Assembly (NCBI RefSeq): GCF_009914755.1 | Contig: NC_060934.1 | Direction: 5' to 3' (one strand) | From: the human T2T-CHM13v2.0 reference genome, Homo sapiens | Length of the DNA: 64,000 nucleotides | Shown: piece after piece, positions 14,534 to 30,716 of the stretch | How positions within the stretch are numbered: the first letter of the stretch is position 1 | How the letters are laid out: every line of letters starts with the position of its first letter | Made by a program: the position numbers and the translations under genes | The notes under the pieces: generated by a model | What the model was told of the DNA's origin: nothing | Database searches by the model: none | The model's input: only the letters and a program-made list of their open reading frames with translations

Positions 14534-14811
14534 TGCTTCAGGCCCACATGATGCTGATTAGTTCTCAGTTTTCATTCAGTTCACAATATAACCACCATTC
14601 CTGCCCTCCCTGCCAAGGGTCATAAATGGTGACTGCCTAACAACAAAATTTGCAGTCTCATCTCATTTTCATCCAGACTTCTGGAACTCAAAGATTAACT
14701 TTTGACTAACCCTGGAATATCTCTTATCTCACTTATAGCTTCAGGCATGTATTTATATGTATTCTTGATAGCAATACCATAATCAATGTGTATTCCTGAT
14801 AGTAATGCTAC

Positions 14812-14817
14812 AATAAA
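14812..14817 (+). terminator. IFIT3: IFIT3 poly(A) signal
   Basis: AATAAA followed by GU-rich ttgtgtggtttgtgtatgg about 35-55 nt downstream. Confidence 0.8.
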
Positions 14818-15747
14818 TCCAAACATTTCAACTCTGTTAGAATAGAGGTAATTGTGTGGTTTGTGTATGGGACTATAACAGTAATATTAATTCCCAAAAT
14901 TTCTCCTACTAGGAACAGTGGGTAATTGCTAAGCCGTACCATACTATTCTCGACATGTTCATTTGAGCCCCTCCCTTAGAATGAACACCCTCCCCCTGAA
15001 GGCAGCCTATCCTTACATTATAGGAACTATGACTGTCTTTCCAGCCTAGGAGCCCCAACTAAGCCCCATGCCCAGTTAGCAGCTGCTGCTGTAGACAGGG
15101 TTGCTGTAAGCCCAGGAATATCTGGGCAAATGCCTCCCTGACAGAGTGTGAGGGACATCAGTGTGAGGCTGGTCAAAAGGGCAGAGATCCATCCAGGTCT
15201 ACAGCAGTCCCTTTCAAACTGCCAGCATCTGACACGGTGAGCTCCATTTTGTTCAGGTTAAAGTCAGACCTGGACAGCAAAGGTCTCTTAAACACATGGG
15301 GGAATAGCCTCCATGGACTCTTGAGATTAACTTCTGCAGTTCATTTTTAATTCACTCATGAATGTAATATCTAGTCACAAAGGTGTAAACAGAAAGGTAA
15401 AAGTATATAAATGTATAAGATGATCATTTGAACACTTTCCTTTTAAATTCCTTATCCCCTAGGAATTAATGTAATATTTGAAATAAATTCTGAAATGATT
15501 CCCTAGCTGATTTAACACCTGGAAACTTGCTTGTAGGTTCATAAGTGGCAGAAAGACTGTGGCCCTAAAGGAGTTCATCTCTCAGAATTTAGAATATAGA
15601 CCCTACACCAGGAACCCATAAAGAGTTGCCCTCTGGTATTCACAGACATAGTATATGCACCTTGGACCATTTCCAAACTCAAAGATCCAGACCTGCTAGG
15701 GATTTTGGGTTTTGCCAAGGCATTATACCGTATTAAGAGGCTAACAT

Positions 15748-15980
15748 AGTACATCATGGTGACTATAGTTAATAATGATATGTTGCATACGTGAAAATTG
15801 CTGAGAGAGTAGATTTTGTGTTCTCACTACAAAAAGAAAGGTAAGTAGCTGAGGTAATGCATATGTTAAATAATTTGATTTAGCCGTTCCACAATGTATA
15901 CATATATTAAAACATGCTATACACCATAAATATATACAATTTTTACATGTCAACTAAATTTTTACTTTGTATTAAAAAAG
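15748..15980 (+). mobile_element. L1MA-type 3' end fragment
   Basis: catggtgactatagttaataat ... gagagtagatttt ... caccataaatatatacaattttt. Confidence 0.8.
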
Positions 15981-16920
15981 GCTAATGGGGGGTAACTGCA
16001 GCTAATGAATAAACATCCAATAGGTCCAGCATTCCCATGTCAAGTGTCCTCTGCCTGTCATCCTTTATACAATAATTCTAATGAAATGCTAGATGGAATG
16101 GGACATACCACTCAAGAATACCACAGATGATCACCCTTAAGATATTATAAGATGGGCAGAGAGCACAGACTTCCACTCTTAACTCTTGCCTGGCTGATCA
16201 CAAATCATATCGCAGCCCAGGTCCAGGGACCTACTTGCTTCCTTACAAACGAGGAGACCCTGGTTCTAAGACTTTTGCTGAGAGCAGAAATAACCTCCCC
16301 CATCCTCCTGCTCCTTAAACAAAAGAACCTTTAGGGCAATTGTCTAAAAGGAAACAACATACCAGAAATACAATTCCTGGGTTAAAGCAAGCAAAGCTGC
16401 TTTTCTAATAACTCCCATTTTCTATGCATACCCTGGGTCCAGCATTCCATCTTCCAGGTATGGTTAGAAAAGAGATCAGACCTTAGTGACTGCTGGTGAA
16501 GTGAATTGCATGCTGCAGCCCCTCATCAGCATCTTTGTACAGCTCAGTTTCGTGTTTTCTGCAGAATCAGGAGCTGACAATCAAAATGGCCCCTCACTCA
16601 CATTCATTGGTCAGACTGGGCTTGTGATAACAATTTAGACTAATCACTGACAAGCAGGGATGGGGAGCACTGAAGTCAGCTATTGGCTGTGTCCCGGAGC
16701 AGTTGGGCATTCTGCCACTGGATGCTGCTTTTGTAATCTTGTCATATGACAAAGCATTATGATGTTCTTTTGTTTTCCTTGGATTGGCTTAAGGGCTGGT
16801 GAGAAGCAGGAAATATTCTGCCATGGGAAGTCTACTGACCTGCAAAAATTTATCAAAATACACAGAAGCAGGAATGGAAGGTGGAAAAATTACAAACTGT
16901 GATAATCAGCTCCAAGAGCA

Positions 16921-17527
16921 TGTAGGGGTAAAAGGAGGTAGGTAATACCTCTCCTTACTCATTGTAAGAGTCATGGCTGACACTCCTATAACAAAAGACA
17001 AGTTAACAAGAGAAAAGCATAACAAATTTACTTAATCAAAGTTTTATGTGATATGAGAGCCTTCAGAAATGAAGACCCAAAGATCCAGGGAAAACTGTTT
17101 TTGTGCTTAGGTTCCATGAAGAATGGGCAGCTCTGTAGAGATGTGTTTGGACAAGAGTATGATCTAATGGTAATAGACTGGGTTCAAATTCTTCTTGGAC
17201 TCTCTGTGTAGCATTTCTTCTTTGCAAGTATGGGGCAGGATTCCTCTGGATTAAGGGTCTTCAAATGAGAAGGGAGAAGGGAGAGAGTGACCTTCCTAAG
17301 TTTTATGGCTTGCTTTGGGGAAAGGGCTTCTAGTTTCTATCATTGTCTTGCGGAAGAGGAATTCTAGTTTCCATGGTTCACTCCAGGGGAGAAAGAAGCA
17401 TGAAAGACAAGAGGGCAGGAGAAGGTCAAAGAGATCTTTCTTCGGAGGCCCTTCCAATGTCTTTCAGTTCAAAGTACTCAGCACACCGAGGCGCTATACT
17501 TTGGGCATCATGTTCTGAGAGCCAACA
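16921..17527 (-). mobile_element. ERV1 LTR (MER39/MER34 group)
   Basis: TG...CA termini; aagttaacaagagaaaagcataacaaattta and aaagtactcagca..atactttggg motifs. Confidence 0.65.
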
Positions 17528-18789
17528 GCTACAATGAAGAAGTATGAGAGCAGTCACTGAGTAGGGAGGGAGCTTTCAACTAACTTAGAGGAGCAGGGCC
17601 TGACCCTAGCAAGCATTCCTGGGGCCTCCCGATTGCCATATGGGGCAGTACTTATGTGTGGGACAGTGATATGAGGAGCTACACTCAGGAAGCTTCCTGA
17701 TCTCAATTTTTATTATGATTTGTTTCTGATTTGGGATCTTCCTAACTGAATTAAAGAACTTATATTAATTTCTAGCTTAATTCAGGCAGGAGTTAGTCCA
17801 AGTATCATTCGACAAACTTTATTAATCTTTTAAAAGTGCCTTGGCTTTGGGTTTAGACCTATTTCAACCTCACCTCCACCACTTAGTATCTCTACAGTGT
17901 TGGGAAAAATCACCTAACCTCTGTGACCCTAAGATATTCCTACATAAAACCTGGGAATAATAAATTATACCTCACAGAAGATTAAATGTGTTTCCTTACA
18001 AGCATTATGGTAGACCAGATATACACAGAACAAAAAGCCTGTGTATCACAATGAAAAATGCTATATAATCTGCAAAACATATTTTTTAAATGCACAGCTG
18101 CATTTATAAGAGAGTAAGGAATTCCCTGAAGTCCAGAAATGACAGGAAAGTGAAAATCCACCAGAATAAGCATGTGTTCATTTGTGTTGGTGATCTACAT
18201 CACTTTCTCATGGACTACATTACATTATGAAGGAGATGGAAGACAAAGTCTGGGGCCTGCACGTGGTACATTGTATCATAGAACTCACATAAAACCAGGA
18301 CCCATTCAGAGGTTAAACTGGAGAACAAACTCCTTGCAGACGTAAATGATGGGGCTACACATGCCTGTTTTTGGCTTTGGCCCTAAGTAAAGCAGGGAGG
18401 AAAAAAAGTCATTGATAATTTCTAATCTTAAGTGGAGAAGCATGATTGTTTTGGGCTGAAATTCTCACTATCCATGCGGCAAGAAAAAAAAAAAAAACCT
18501 CAAGTAGAAAATTTCATTTTAAGCAATTCTGGCTTGGTAGTGCTCCCATGCACCTAACAAAAGCAAATAAAAACACCCCTCAAAGGGAAACACTTTTTAC
18601 ATAGTTCTCAAAGAATTTCCAAGTTTGATAAAGTTCCAAGGAATATCAGGTCATAATACAAAATCAAAGAATACACACAAATAAATAAGCCACAATGTGC
18701 AAAAGTTGCCAGATAATAAACGATAAGCCAGAGCAACAAAACTGCAGATATTGTAATTGAATAGAGAATAAAAAAGAATGTATTTAGTA

Positions 18790-19048
<259 letters not shown>

Positions 19049-19116
19049 GAATGTATTAGTGTATTTAGTAAATTTCAAGATAAAGAAAGAAAAAATTAAG
19101 TTTTAACAAAGGAATA

Positions 19117-19432
19117 GGCCGGGCGCAGTGCCTCATGCCTGTAATCCCAGCACTTTGGGAGGCTGAGGTGAGCAGATTGCCTGAGGTCAGGAGTTCAAGA
19201 CCAGCCTGGCCAACATGGTGAAAACCCATCTCCACTAAAAATACAAAAATTAGCCAGGTGTGGTGATGGGTGCCTGTAATCTCAGCTACTCAGGAGGCTG
19301 AGGCAGGAGAATCTCTTGAACCCAAGAGACAGAGGTTGCAGTGAGCTGAGATCATGCCACTACACTCTAGCCTGGGTGACAGGTCGAGACTCCATCTCAA
19401 AAAATAAATAAATAAATAAATAAATAAATAAA
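19117..19432 (+). mobile_element. Alu with (TAAA)n tail
   Basis: Full dimer. Confidence 0.95.
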
Positions 19433-20029
19433 GGAACAATAGTGTATTAAATTTGATTAGGCATATTTGCACAAGAACCAAACAAAACTTAGAAATATAA
19501 AAACTAAAATAATAGAAATTAGAAACTCAAAGGATTTGTTGAAAAGTAATTTATACACAGCTGAAAAGCATTTATTGATTTAGAAGACAGATTCGAAGAA
19601 ACTACTCAGAATGCAGCACAGAAAAACAGTGAGATGGAAAATCAACAGAGATATTCAGGGACATGGAGAACAAAGTGAGGAAGTTAAAATGCATGTGATC
19701 AGAGTTGCAGAAGAACAAATAAAAGGGAATGGAGGAAAGGCAATAGTTGAAGAGACAATGACCGAAATTTTCGGAATTAATGAAAAATGCTAATCCTCAA
19801 ATACATGAATTCCACAAAAGATCACCCAAGCAGATGTCACCTAAAAACATAGTAGTATCTTTTAAGTGCCTTTGAGGCAGAAAGATTTTTAAAACGACAA
19901 AAAACAGAAGAAATATCTGTGAAGGAATTGGTATTAGGTTAAGCTCAGACTTCTCAATAGCAACCAAAACACAGTGGGAAATAGTTTCAAAATGCCAAGA
20001 GAAAATAATTGTCAGCCTATAATTTGACT

Positions 20030-20270
20030 TTTTAACCCTTTTTATTTGAAATGATTTTAGACTTAAAGTTGTAAAAATGGTGCCCAGAATTCCCATATAC
20101 CCTTTACGCAGCTTCCCATCATGTTAACACCTTACATAAACATAGAATAATCTTTAAGACAGGAAACTAACAGTGACAACATATAATCAACTAATCTACA
20201 AGTCTTGTTCAAATTTTACCAGTTGTCCCACTAATATTCTTTTTCTAGTTCAACATCCAACCTGGGATCT
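20030..20270 (-). mobile_element. L1MC-type 3' fragment
   Basis: tttatttgaaatgattttagactta ... cagaattcccatataccctt. Confidence 0.55.
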
Positions 20271-20881
20271 TCCCCAAAATGACCTTTGTTCACAGTGTCA
20301 TAATTCACCCTGCAACACAAGCTCTGCTCAACTAGAGTTTGATGAATAAAATGATTTTCTCTTTGCCATGGTCCCTTTATATGAATATCTCATAAAGCAT
20401 AAAGGTCAGGGTGGTTCCTGTTAGAATATTCACTTCCCTTGATTTCCTGCCAAATATCATTTCACAACCCTCCTGAGCTCCCTCTTGATTATAAAGGGAA
20501 AGACATTGACTCCAGTCTGACGCAATAAACAGAAGAGTTTTTGATGACCCTGCACCTTCTTTTCTTCTGATTTATGTGGAACATACCAGCAACAAAATCC
20601 TGAACCAAGATCCACCAGGGGATGGACAGGTGTCCTAGGTATGCCCAAGAATGATGCAACATCCCCAGCCATGCGCATGATGGCTGAGGAATCTGGGGAC
20701 AGCTATTGTGTGGAAAGAAAATCTTACAAAGGGAAATCCTCATAGGAAATTGCGTAGGTTGGAGAAAGAGCCACACTCAGTCAGGCTTAGCCTGTCTTTT
20801 CTCTCCTTTGGTCTCCCAGAGGGAGCTGTTATATTCTAATAGCCTGCTGCATTGTTTTTTTCTAAAGAGAATTCTAGGAAA

Positions 20882-21409
20882 TTGACATCAGGGTCTCCAA
20901 GACTACCCCTAGATTTGATGATTCACTGGAAAGATGAGCAGGATTCAACATATGGTCATACTCACAGCTAAGCCTTATTATAACAAAAGTATACAGAGCA
21001 AAATTAGCACAGACAAAAAGTGCATGGGGCCAAGTCCAAAGAAAATCAGGTATAGGTTTCCAAGAGGGCCGGTAGAGTCATCAGGTTGTGCTTAATTCCT
21101 CCAGCATCAAATTGTGACAACACATGTGAAGCCAGTTAGACTGTGTGCCCAAGGGTTTTACTGGGGACTGATCATGTATGCACCCTCTGCCTAGCATGTA
21201 CCAAAATTCCAGACTTCGAGAAGGAAAGCAAGTGTTAGCATAAACTCCATCATTTGCATAAACAGTCTTAGCATAGTAAGCCACCCATATCATTTATAGA
21301 ATAGCTAGAAAACTTAAAAATCCAAGTTCCCTGATGTTAGCCAAGGGCCAACCTTGCAAGCAAGTCTTTCTAAAGATAACAGTTTCAAACTTGCCATGCT
21401 AACTCTGCA
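20882..21409. mobile_element. MER68/MER77-like LTR
   Basis: gggtctccaagactacccctagatttgatgattcactgg ... ccaagggccaaccttgcaagcaagtctttctaaagata. Confidence 0.6.
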
Positions 21410-22355
21410 TGGTCCATCCCCTTAGTCCTTAGCAAGGCAACTTTATAGTAAAATTATTATTTCTAGGATCTCTGTCAGTATTGATCTCAGTTTTTTCCAA
21501 TACATTCAGTATTTATCCTCTTTTAAGGATCCTGAATTTAGCCAGCTTAAACAAATCTGATTAATTATAAAGGTCTATCTTAGAAGTCCAGAGAGCTTCC
21601 TCCGTACATGTCTATATTAAACTTTTAACCTGGTGGCACATCACAGCTGAGGCCAGGAAAGTAAAGTGGACCTGATCACCTTCCTGGGCTGAGACAGTGT
21701 CATGACAGTCAGGTACACACAGACACAAAGCACAATCCCAGAGGACATGCATGGCAGCCCAAGCGGGACATGCCTTAGGCAGTACAGGTTTACAACCCCC
21801 ACCATGTGGCCTTCCATGGTGGGGCCTACCACCGTAAGGTTTCCATTCCAGTCCAAAAAATACACTGAAGTCCTTGCTTTCAGAGGAACTGCCTTCAAGC
21901 TATCAGTTCCAAACACAGGAGTGAGGAAGACATCTGAGGTTTTCTGGATGGAAAGTTCCAGAGTGGATCCCCACCTCCAACCCCAGTGCTGTCTGTTGTG
22001 CTCAGAGGCTCAGCAATCTGAATTCAAAGCATTAAGTAGGAGTTTGGAAAGACAGCGTGGGAAGATTTCCGTCAGACAGAAGGGAAATCTTCCAGGAACA
22101 GTTCTGAAAAACAAAAAGATTGTTAATGACTTCCTCTCCTTTATGCCTCCCTGGGGGCTGAGTTTCTATTTTTTTCCATTGCGACAAAGTCAGAGAGTCC
22201 TATTCAGCAATCATATATTTTTGTTCAGTTATATCCCATTCTCACGCAGATCTTTCAACTGGAAAAAGTGTATACAAAAAGGACAAAAGGACTTTCACCA
22301 AAAAAACATTTTCATGCAATTTAAGCATAAAGAGGTATCATGCTCACATTGTCTG

Positions 22356-22714
22356 CTACTGAACAAAACTGGGGTCCACTTGCCCAGCCCAGTAAAGCCA
22401 AACACCCACAGTGGGGTTTTGCAACAAGAGAAAGGAGGGCATTTGTTTGCGGGTTGCCATGCAAGGAGAATCCCGCAGCTCACGCTTAAGACCCTATTTT
22501 TGGTTTCTATAGAGAACCAAACATCACCTGACTCTAACTTCCTTGGCTGTTGTTGTAAGCTATTATTACCTTCTTGCTTATCAGCTTGCAAACTTACTTC
22601 TCAGGGCCCGGTAGTGCCTGGAATTTCCCTTGAAGGAACTTGAGATTTTCCTTTATTTCCATGCCTGCGTGGGGGTCCTGGCAGGCCACTAAGAAGGAGT
22701 CCCTGCTCCATCTT
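22356..22714 (-). mobile_element. MER31-like ERV1 LTR, internally deleted
   Basis: actgaacaaaactggggtccac..cagtaaagccaaaca ... caaggagaatcccgcagctcacgcttaagacc. Confidence 0.55.
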
Positions 22715-22854
22715 ATGTCCAGAATGAAATCCTGAATTTTCAAAAACTTTCAAAATTGGCTAACATAAACTCCCACCTCTTTCATCCAAATTATACACTG
22801 AGCCTAGAAATTAGTAATCCTTTTCTGGGGTCAATTGCATTTAATAATCAAACT

Positions 22855-23386
22855 TCTAAGGTCAGGAAATGCCACTCCAAAATATATCACTTTGGACTTC
22901 AAAATGAAGGCACTTGAGAAATAGCAAATGCAAGACAGGATTTTCTCTGAGCTCCCTTTATCTGCATAAAGATAGACCCTCCAAAAGGAACTCAGATGTC
23001 ATGAATCCCTTCCCAGGGAATCTTATCAACCAGGAAGATTAAACTTGGTTCACTGGAGAGAACACTGGAGGTTGACCCCGTGTCCAGACAGACTTCGTCA
23101 CAGGCTGTCACATATTCTTCTGAGGGCCCATTCATTTTTCATCAAAACAATTTACTCCCCCTAAGTAAGTTGCCTACATCTCCCCTCCCCTCTCCTTTAA
23201 AAAGAGGGTATATAAGCTTCTTGATCTCACTGGGTTTGGGGCGTTAACTTTCCTTTCATATGATGCCCCATGCACGTAATAAGTTTGTATACCTTTTGTT
23301 CTGTTAATCTGCCAGTTTTCAGTTTATTTCATAGATTCAATTATCAAGCCCTCAAAAGATATAGGGAAAATGTGTCCTCCCCCTAC
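22855..23386 (+). mobile_element. MER34-group LTR
   Basis: gccactccaaaatat..actttgg start; tatataag; ctgttaatctg; cctccccctac end. Confidence 0.55.
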
Positions 23387-24073
23387 CTTACTAAGGTGTG
23401 TGTGTGTGTTAGGACAAAAGTGAGGGATGTAGATTCAGGCTGTCAGACCATTTTCACAGATTGAAACTAATTGGGAAAGTTGAAAAGAGCAAGTCAACAG
23501 CAATGAGATAGTCTCAAGATGGGGAGAGTCCAGTCTGTCAGGAGTGGTTGGAGGGGTTACACTCCCTGTGATGTGTCCTCCTCCAACTTACAGCTTTCAA
23601 CAGGGATTATAAATCAGTAATGCAATTAGCCTCTGTATCATGAAGGGGCTCAGACTATGCCACCCCAAAACATGCCATTTTGACATAAGAATTATTTTGA
23701 GTTAAAGGGAATTGAAAAAAAGCAGACGCAGGATGAGTTGTCTGCCCTACTTCTGTCTGCCTGAAAGCAGAATATAAACGTCTCTTGTGATGGTATCCCC
23801 AACCCCTACTTCCATTCAAGAAACGGGATAACAACCTTATCACTGGACAAAGTCTACACAAACAAATCTTAGTAACTAGCCCTCATCTACCATTAGTTTC
23901 CCCAAATATTTGTCTTTGCACAATTTGACACCCCTCAAAGTTCAAAGTTCCTTCTTTTTTGTCTGGCCACTTCTCTACAAATGTATTGTTATTTTGTTAA
24001 GATGCTCAATAAGTCTGAAGTTCTAGCCACTTCTTTCACTTGCTCATCACTGAGTTCTCTGGTGTGAAGAGAC

Positions 24074-24843
<770 letters not shown>

Positions 24844-24867
24844 GTAGGGCCCCAGCCTATGAACCTA

Positions 24868-25186
<319 letters not shown>

Positions 25187-26911
25187 TCTTTAATGCACAG
25201 AATGGTTTTTTTCCTCTCCTACAATCATAAATATGTAATCAGCAACTGGATTTCAGATGGCCTAATCAGAGAAAAATCCAAATAGTCCAGAAAAGCCCAA
25301 AAAGTATCCATGACGATTTTATAAATTAGGGCTCCACAGAGCAGTGATTTGCAAGGATCCCAGAATCTGAGTTCTGTCCACAGAGCCTATGTCTGCTTTC
25401 AGTTCAGCACAACACAAACTAAGGCTGAAACCACCTAACAACAGGCAGCCACAGGTTTCAGTTTAGAGTCAGAACAGGCAATTAGAATATGTGAATTCTG
25501 GATTTCAAAGGAGACAGCTTCTTTTCTTCCTGCAGCAACAAAACCAAGATACTTTAGAGTCAGAGAGCCATGGTCCAAGTCCAAGGGACAAGAAATGCTT
25601 TCCCAGGCCCTTTTTATTTTGTCAGGCTTAGAGTCTTAATTGACCCACTCAAAAAATACGCGCATCACCCTGGAACATCATCAGCCTTAAAGATTCAGAC
25701 ATCTGACATCACAAGGGCTCTCTAGCAACTAAAAATTGATTTTTCAAACTCAGTGTGTCTCCATCTGGAGACAACGTCTGAGAAATAAAAACAAAATCCT
25801 AAGCCCCACAAGCAACTGAACATAATATACCCCCTCTTGGCCACGGGGACCCCAGGGAAACCTTAAAAACTGAGTGCCCGGCCACGATGGAATGTAAAGT
25901 CAGACACACCCCTTCCTTATTAATCTTTAACCAGAATTCTTTCCTAAGGAGTAAGCAGAAACCAGCTCTGGAAAACAAGAAATAGAGGACACATTCCTTT
26001 ATTGCCTTTAGCCAATCATCTGAAGCCACTGCTCGACTCCCCCTCCCTCTTTGCAGTTTCAATGTGACAGCTCGCCAGTTTCACAAGGCAACCCTTTCTA
26101 AAAATTGACCTCTATCTCCAGTCCAGTTTTGGCCCAATCACAGAGGAAGGGCAGTGCGGGTTTTCATGTCCTCTACCTCACCTTTTGACACAAGAAGGCC
26201 AAAAACTCCACCCATGGATCACGCTAACACCACCATTTTTTGTACATATGATTCATGGAAAGGCACGAGGCTCAATTGCACATGTGCATATTTTCCCTTT
26301 CATGAATATTCATGACTCCTCCTATAGCTTATCGAATATGTGTATTTGGACACCTCATTCAGCAACAATTTTTGTCTTAGTCTTCCCTCCCACAAAGTGC
26401 CTGTGGCTTCTGGTTGGAGGCTATGCTTTCCAGCCTGTCAGAATGGCTAGCTTTGTAACTGCCCAAGGGTTTTTTCCTGCCCACTGCACAAAGACCATGC
26501 CATTGTGGTACAGAAAATTTTAATAGACACATGGAAGGAAAATAAATCTTGGGACCCCCAAGTCACTAAGCCAAAGGGAAAAGTCAAGCTGGGAACTGCA
26601 TCAGGCAAACCTGCTCCCATTTTATTCCTAAATGAGATAACTACAAAGATAAAAAAAAAAAAAAAAAAAAAGCTACATACTTCCTTCACAATTTGTCCAT
26701 AAGGAAATTCCTTGTGGGCCTCAATATCTTTACCCTAAAAACAGTTCTGTTGAATTTTACCCTAGCAACATAAACTGATAGCTTGTCTTCACCAGTACAG
26801 GACAGAAAGTCATAACTCTACTCGCCTGAGACAAATGCCTATCTGGTTGCTTCCTCTGCCCTATCGTTCATGTAAAACTGCCGATTCACTGAGACAGACT
26901 AAGGCATAAAT

Positions 26912-28004
<1,093 letters not shown>

Positions 28005-28370
28005 AAATGACTATTCCTCTACCCCACCACCATATATAAATTGTGTATTCAGTGAAAGGCTGATCAAAGATCCAAAAGAATGCAACCTTTTGTCTCTTAT
28101 CCGCCTATCACCTGGAAGCTCCCACTTTGAGTTGTGCCACCTTTCTGAACCAAATCAACGTACATCTTACATGTACTGATTGATGTCTCCTGTCTTCCTA
28201 AAATGTATAAAACCAAGCTGTGCCCTACCTTGGGCACATGTCCTCAGGATCTCCTAAGGGCAATGTCATGGGCCATTGGTCACTCATATTTGGCTCAGAA
28301 TAAATCTCTTCAAATATTTTAGAGTTTGACTCTTTTCATTGACAGACACAAGACTAGTCATGCCATGTAG

Positions 28371-28726
<356 letters not shown>

Positions 28727-29385
28727 GTATGTTAGAAGGTTTTCAAAGTGTGGAGGTGGCTAGGCTTGCTGCTGACTGGTTGGGCAAAGACAAAATCATA
28801 GACAGTTGAAGCTGTCCTCCTGCATGCTGAATTGCTTCTGGATGGGGCCACAGGAGGAGGATTGGTGGATTCAGGTGGGTCCAGGTGGAGCCATGGGTAT
28901 CAGACATGCAAAAAACCTGAAAAGATGTGTCAAAAGGCCAATTTTAGGGTCCTACAATAGTGTTGTTATTTGCAGGAGTAATTGGGGAAGTTGTGAATTG
29001 TTTAACCTCAGGAATAACGGCTATCAAACTTTTATGTCTGCCCCCTAGTAGGATTCAGTCTCCGCTCCTCCCCACAGCCTAAGGGACTCTCATTAGCTTT
29101 ACAAAAGTGGTTGAGTTTGGGGGACAGCCTATTACCATTTAAACTATAATCTAATGTCTTCCAAAGTTAGCTCAACCCAATAGCCCAGAAATAATTATGG
29201 GAAAGGCAAGATGGGGGTTGGTGAGTTAGCTCAGATCTCATTCCCTGTCATAATTTTCTCACTGATACAATTTTTGCAAAGATGGTTTCAGCCTGAAGGC
29301 TGCAATCCCCTTATGAGAAATAAAGCTCTCCTTTCAAAATTTATGAAGTTTGTTATTCTTCAGTTGAAATTATAAAGGATACAAC

Positions 29386-30027
29386 TATTAGAGACATTTG
29401 AACCAGAGAAACTCCATCTTGAATAGGGGCTGGGTGAAATAAGGCTGAGACCTACTGGGCTGCACTCCCAAGAGCTTAGGCATTCTTAGTCATAGGATGA
29501 CATAGGAGGTCAGGACAAGATACAGGTCAAAAAGGCCCAGCTGATGAAACAGGATGCGGTAAAGAAGCCAGCCAAAACCAAGATGGTGATGAAAATGACC
29601 TCTGGTCATCCTCACTGCTCATTATATGCTAATTATAATGCTAAATTTAGCATTATAATTTAGCATTAGCATGCTAAAAGACACTCCCATCAGCGCCATG
29701 GCATTTTGCCATGGCAACATTCAGAAGTTAACCTATATGGTCTAAAAGTGGGAGGAATCCTCAATTCTGTGAATTGCTTGCCTTTTTCCCAGAATACTCA
29801 TGAATAATCCATCCCCTGTGTAGCATATAATCAAGAAATAACTTTAAGTATACACAGTTGAAAAGCCCATGCTGCTGCTCTGCCTATGGAGTAGGCTTTC
29901 TTTTATTCCTTTACTTTCTTAATAAACTTGCTTTCACTTTACTCTGTGGACTTGCCCTGATTTCTTTCTTGTGTGAGCTCCAAGAACCCCCTTTTTGAGT
30001 CTGTATTGGGACCCCTTTCCTGTAACA
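29386..30027 (+). mobile_element. MER41B solo LTR
   Basis: tttgaaccagagaaactccatcttgaataggggctggg ... gggacccctttcctgtaaca; 4-bp TSD caac; contains the tandem-GAS segment. Confidence 0.9.
29765..29794. promoter_or_regulatory. Tandem GAS (STAT1) motifs in MER41B
   Basis: TTCTGTGAA (29765-29773) and TTCCCAGAA (29786-29794), both TTCN3GAA. Confidence 0.65.
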
Positions 30028-30193
30028 CAACTAAGGAACAACCAAATGGAAGAGTTGCATAGGGCAAGGTATGGGGTGAGTAGGGGGAGGAAGGGTGGGC
30101 ATGGAGCTTCCATGTTTTTGCTTGGGATGCTACTCTTCCAGCACCTCAATGTGTTCACCAACTCAAAACCTCTCAGAACCCCATCCTTTAAAG

Positions 30194-30716
30194 CAGGTGT
30201 CCCCAATCCCTGGGCTACAGACTGGTAGTAGTCCGAGGCCTGTTAGGAACTGGGCTATACAGCAGGAGGTGAGCAGCAGGCGAGCAATCAAAGCTTCCTC
30301 TGTATTAACAGCCATTCCCCATCACTCACATTACTGTCTGAGTTCCGCCTCCTGTCAGATCAACAGAGGCATTAGATTCTCAAAAGAGCACGAACCCTGT
30401 TGTGAACTCTGCATCCGATGAACCTAGGTTGCGCATTCCTTATGAGAATCTAATGCCTGCTGATCTGCCACTGTCTCCCATCACCCCCAGATGGGACCGT
30501 CTAGTTGCAGGAAAACAAGCTCAGGGCTCCCACTGATTCTACATTATAGTGAGTTGTATAATTATTTCGTTTATATTACAATGTAATAATAATAGAAATA
30601 AAGTGCACAATAAATGTAATGTGCTTGAATCATCCTGAAACCATCCCTGCCCAGTCTGTGGAAAAACTGACTTCCACAAAACCAGTCCCTGGTGCCAAAA
30701 AGGTTGGGGATTGCTG
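30194..30716. mobile_element. MER1A hAT-Charlie DNA transposon
   Basis: caggtgtccccaa ... ggtgccaaaaaggttggggattgctg TIRs, about 520 bp. Confidence 0.8.

Noticed and set aside
18145-18157. Isolated GAAAGTGAAA IRF-like motifs (also 38590, and AGAAACGAAAGT at 35414)
   Set aside because: Single imperfect sites in A-rich sequence with no promoter context; expected by chance.
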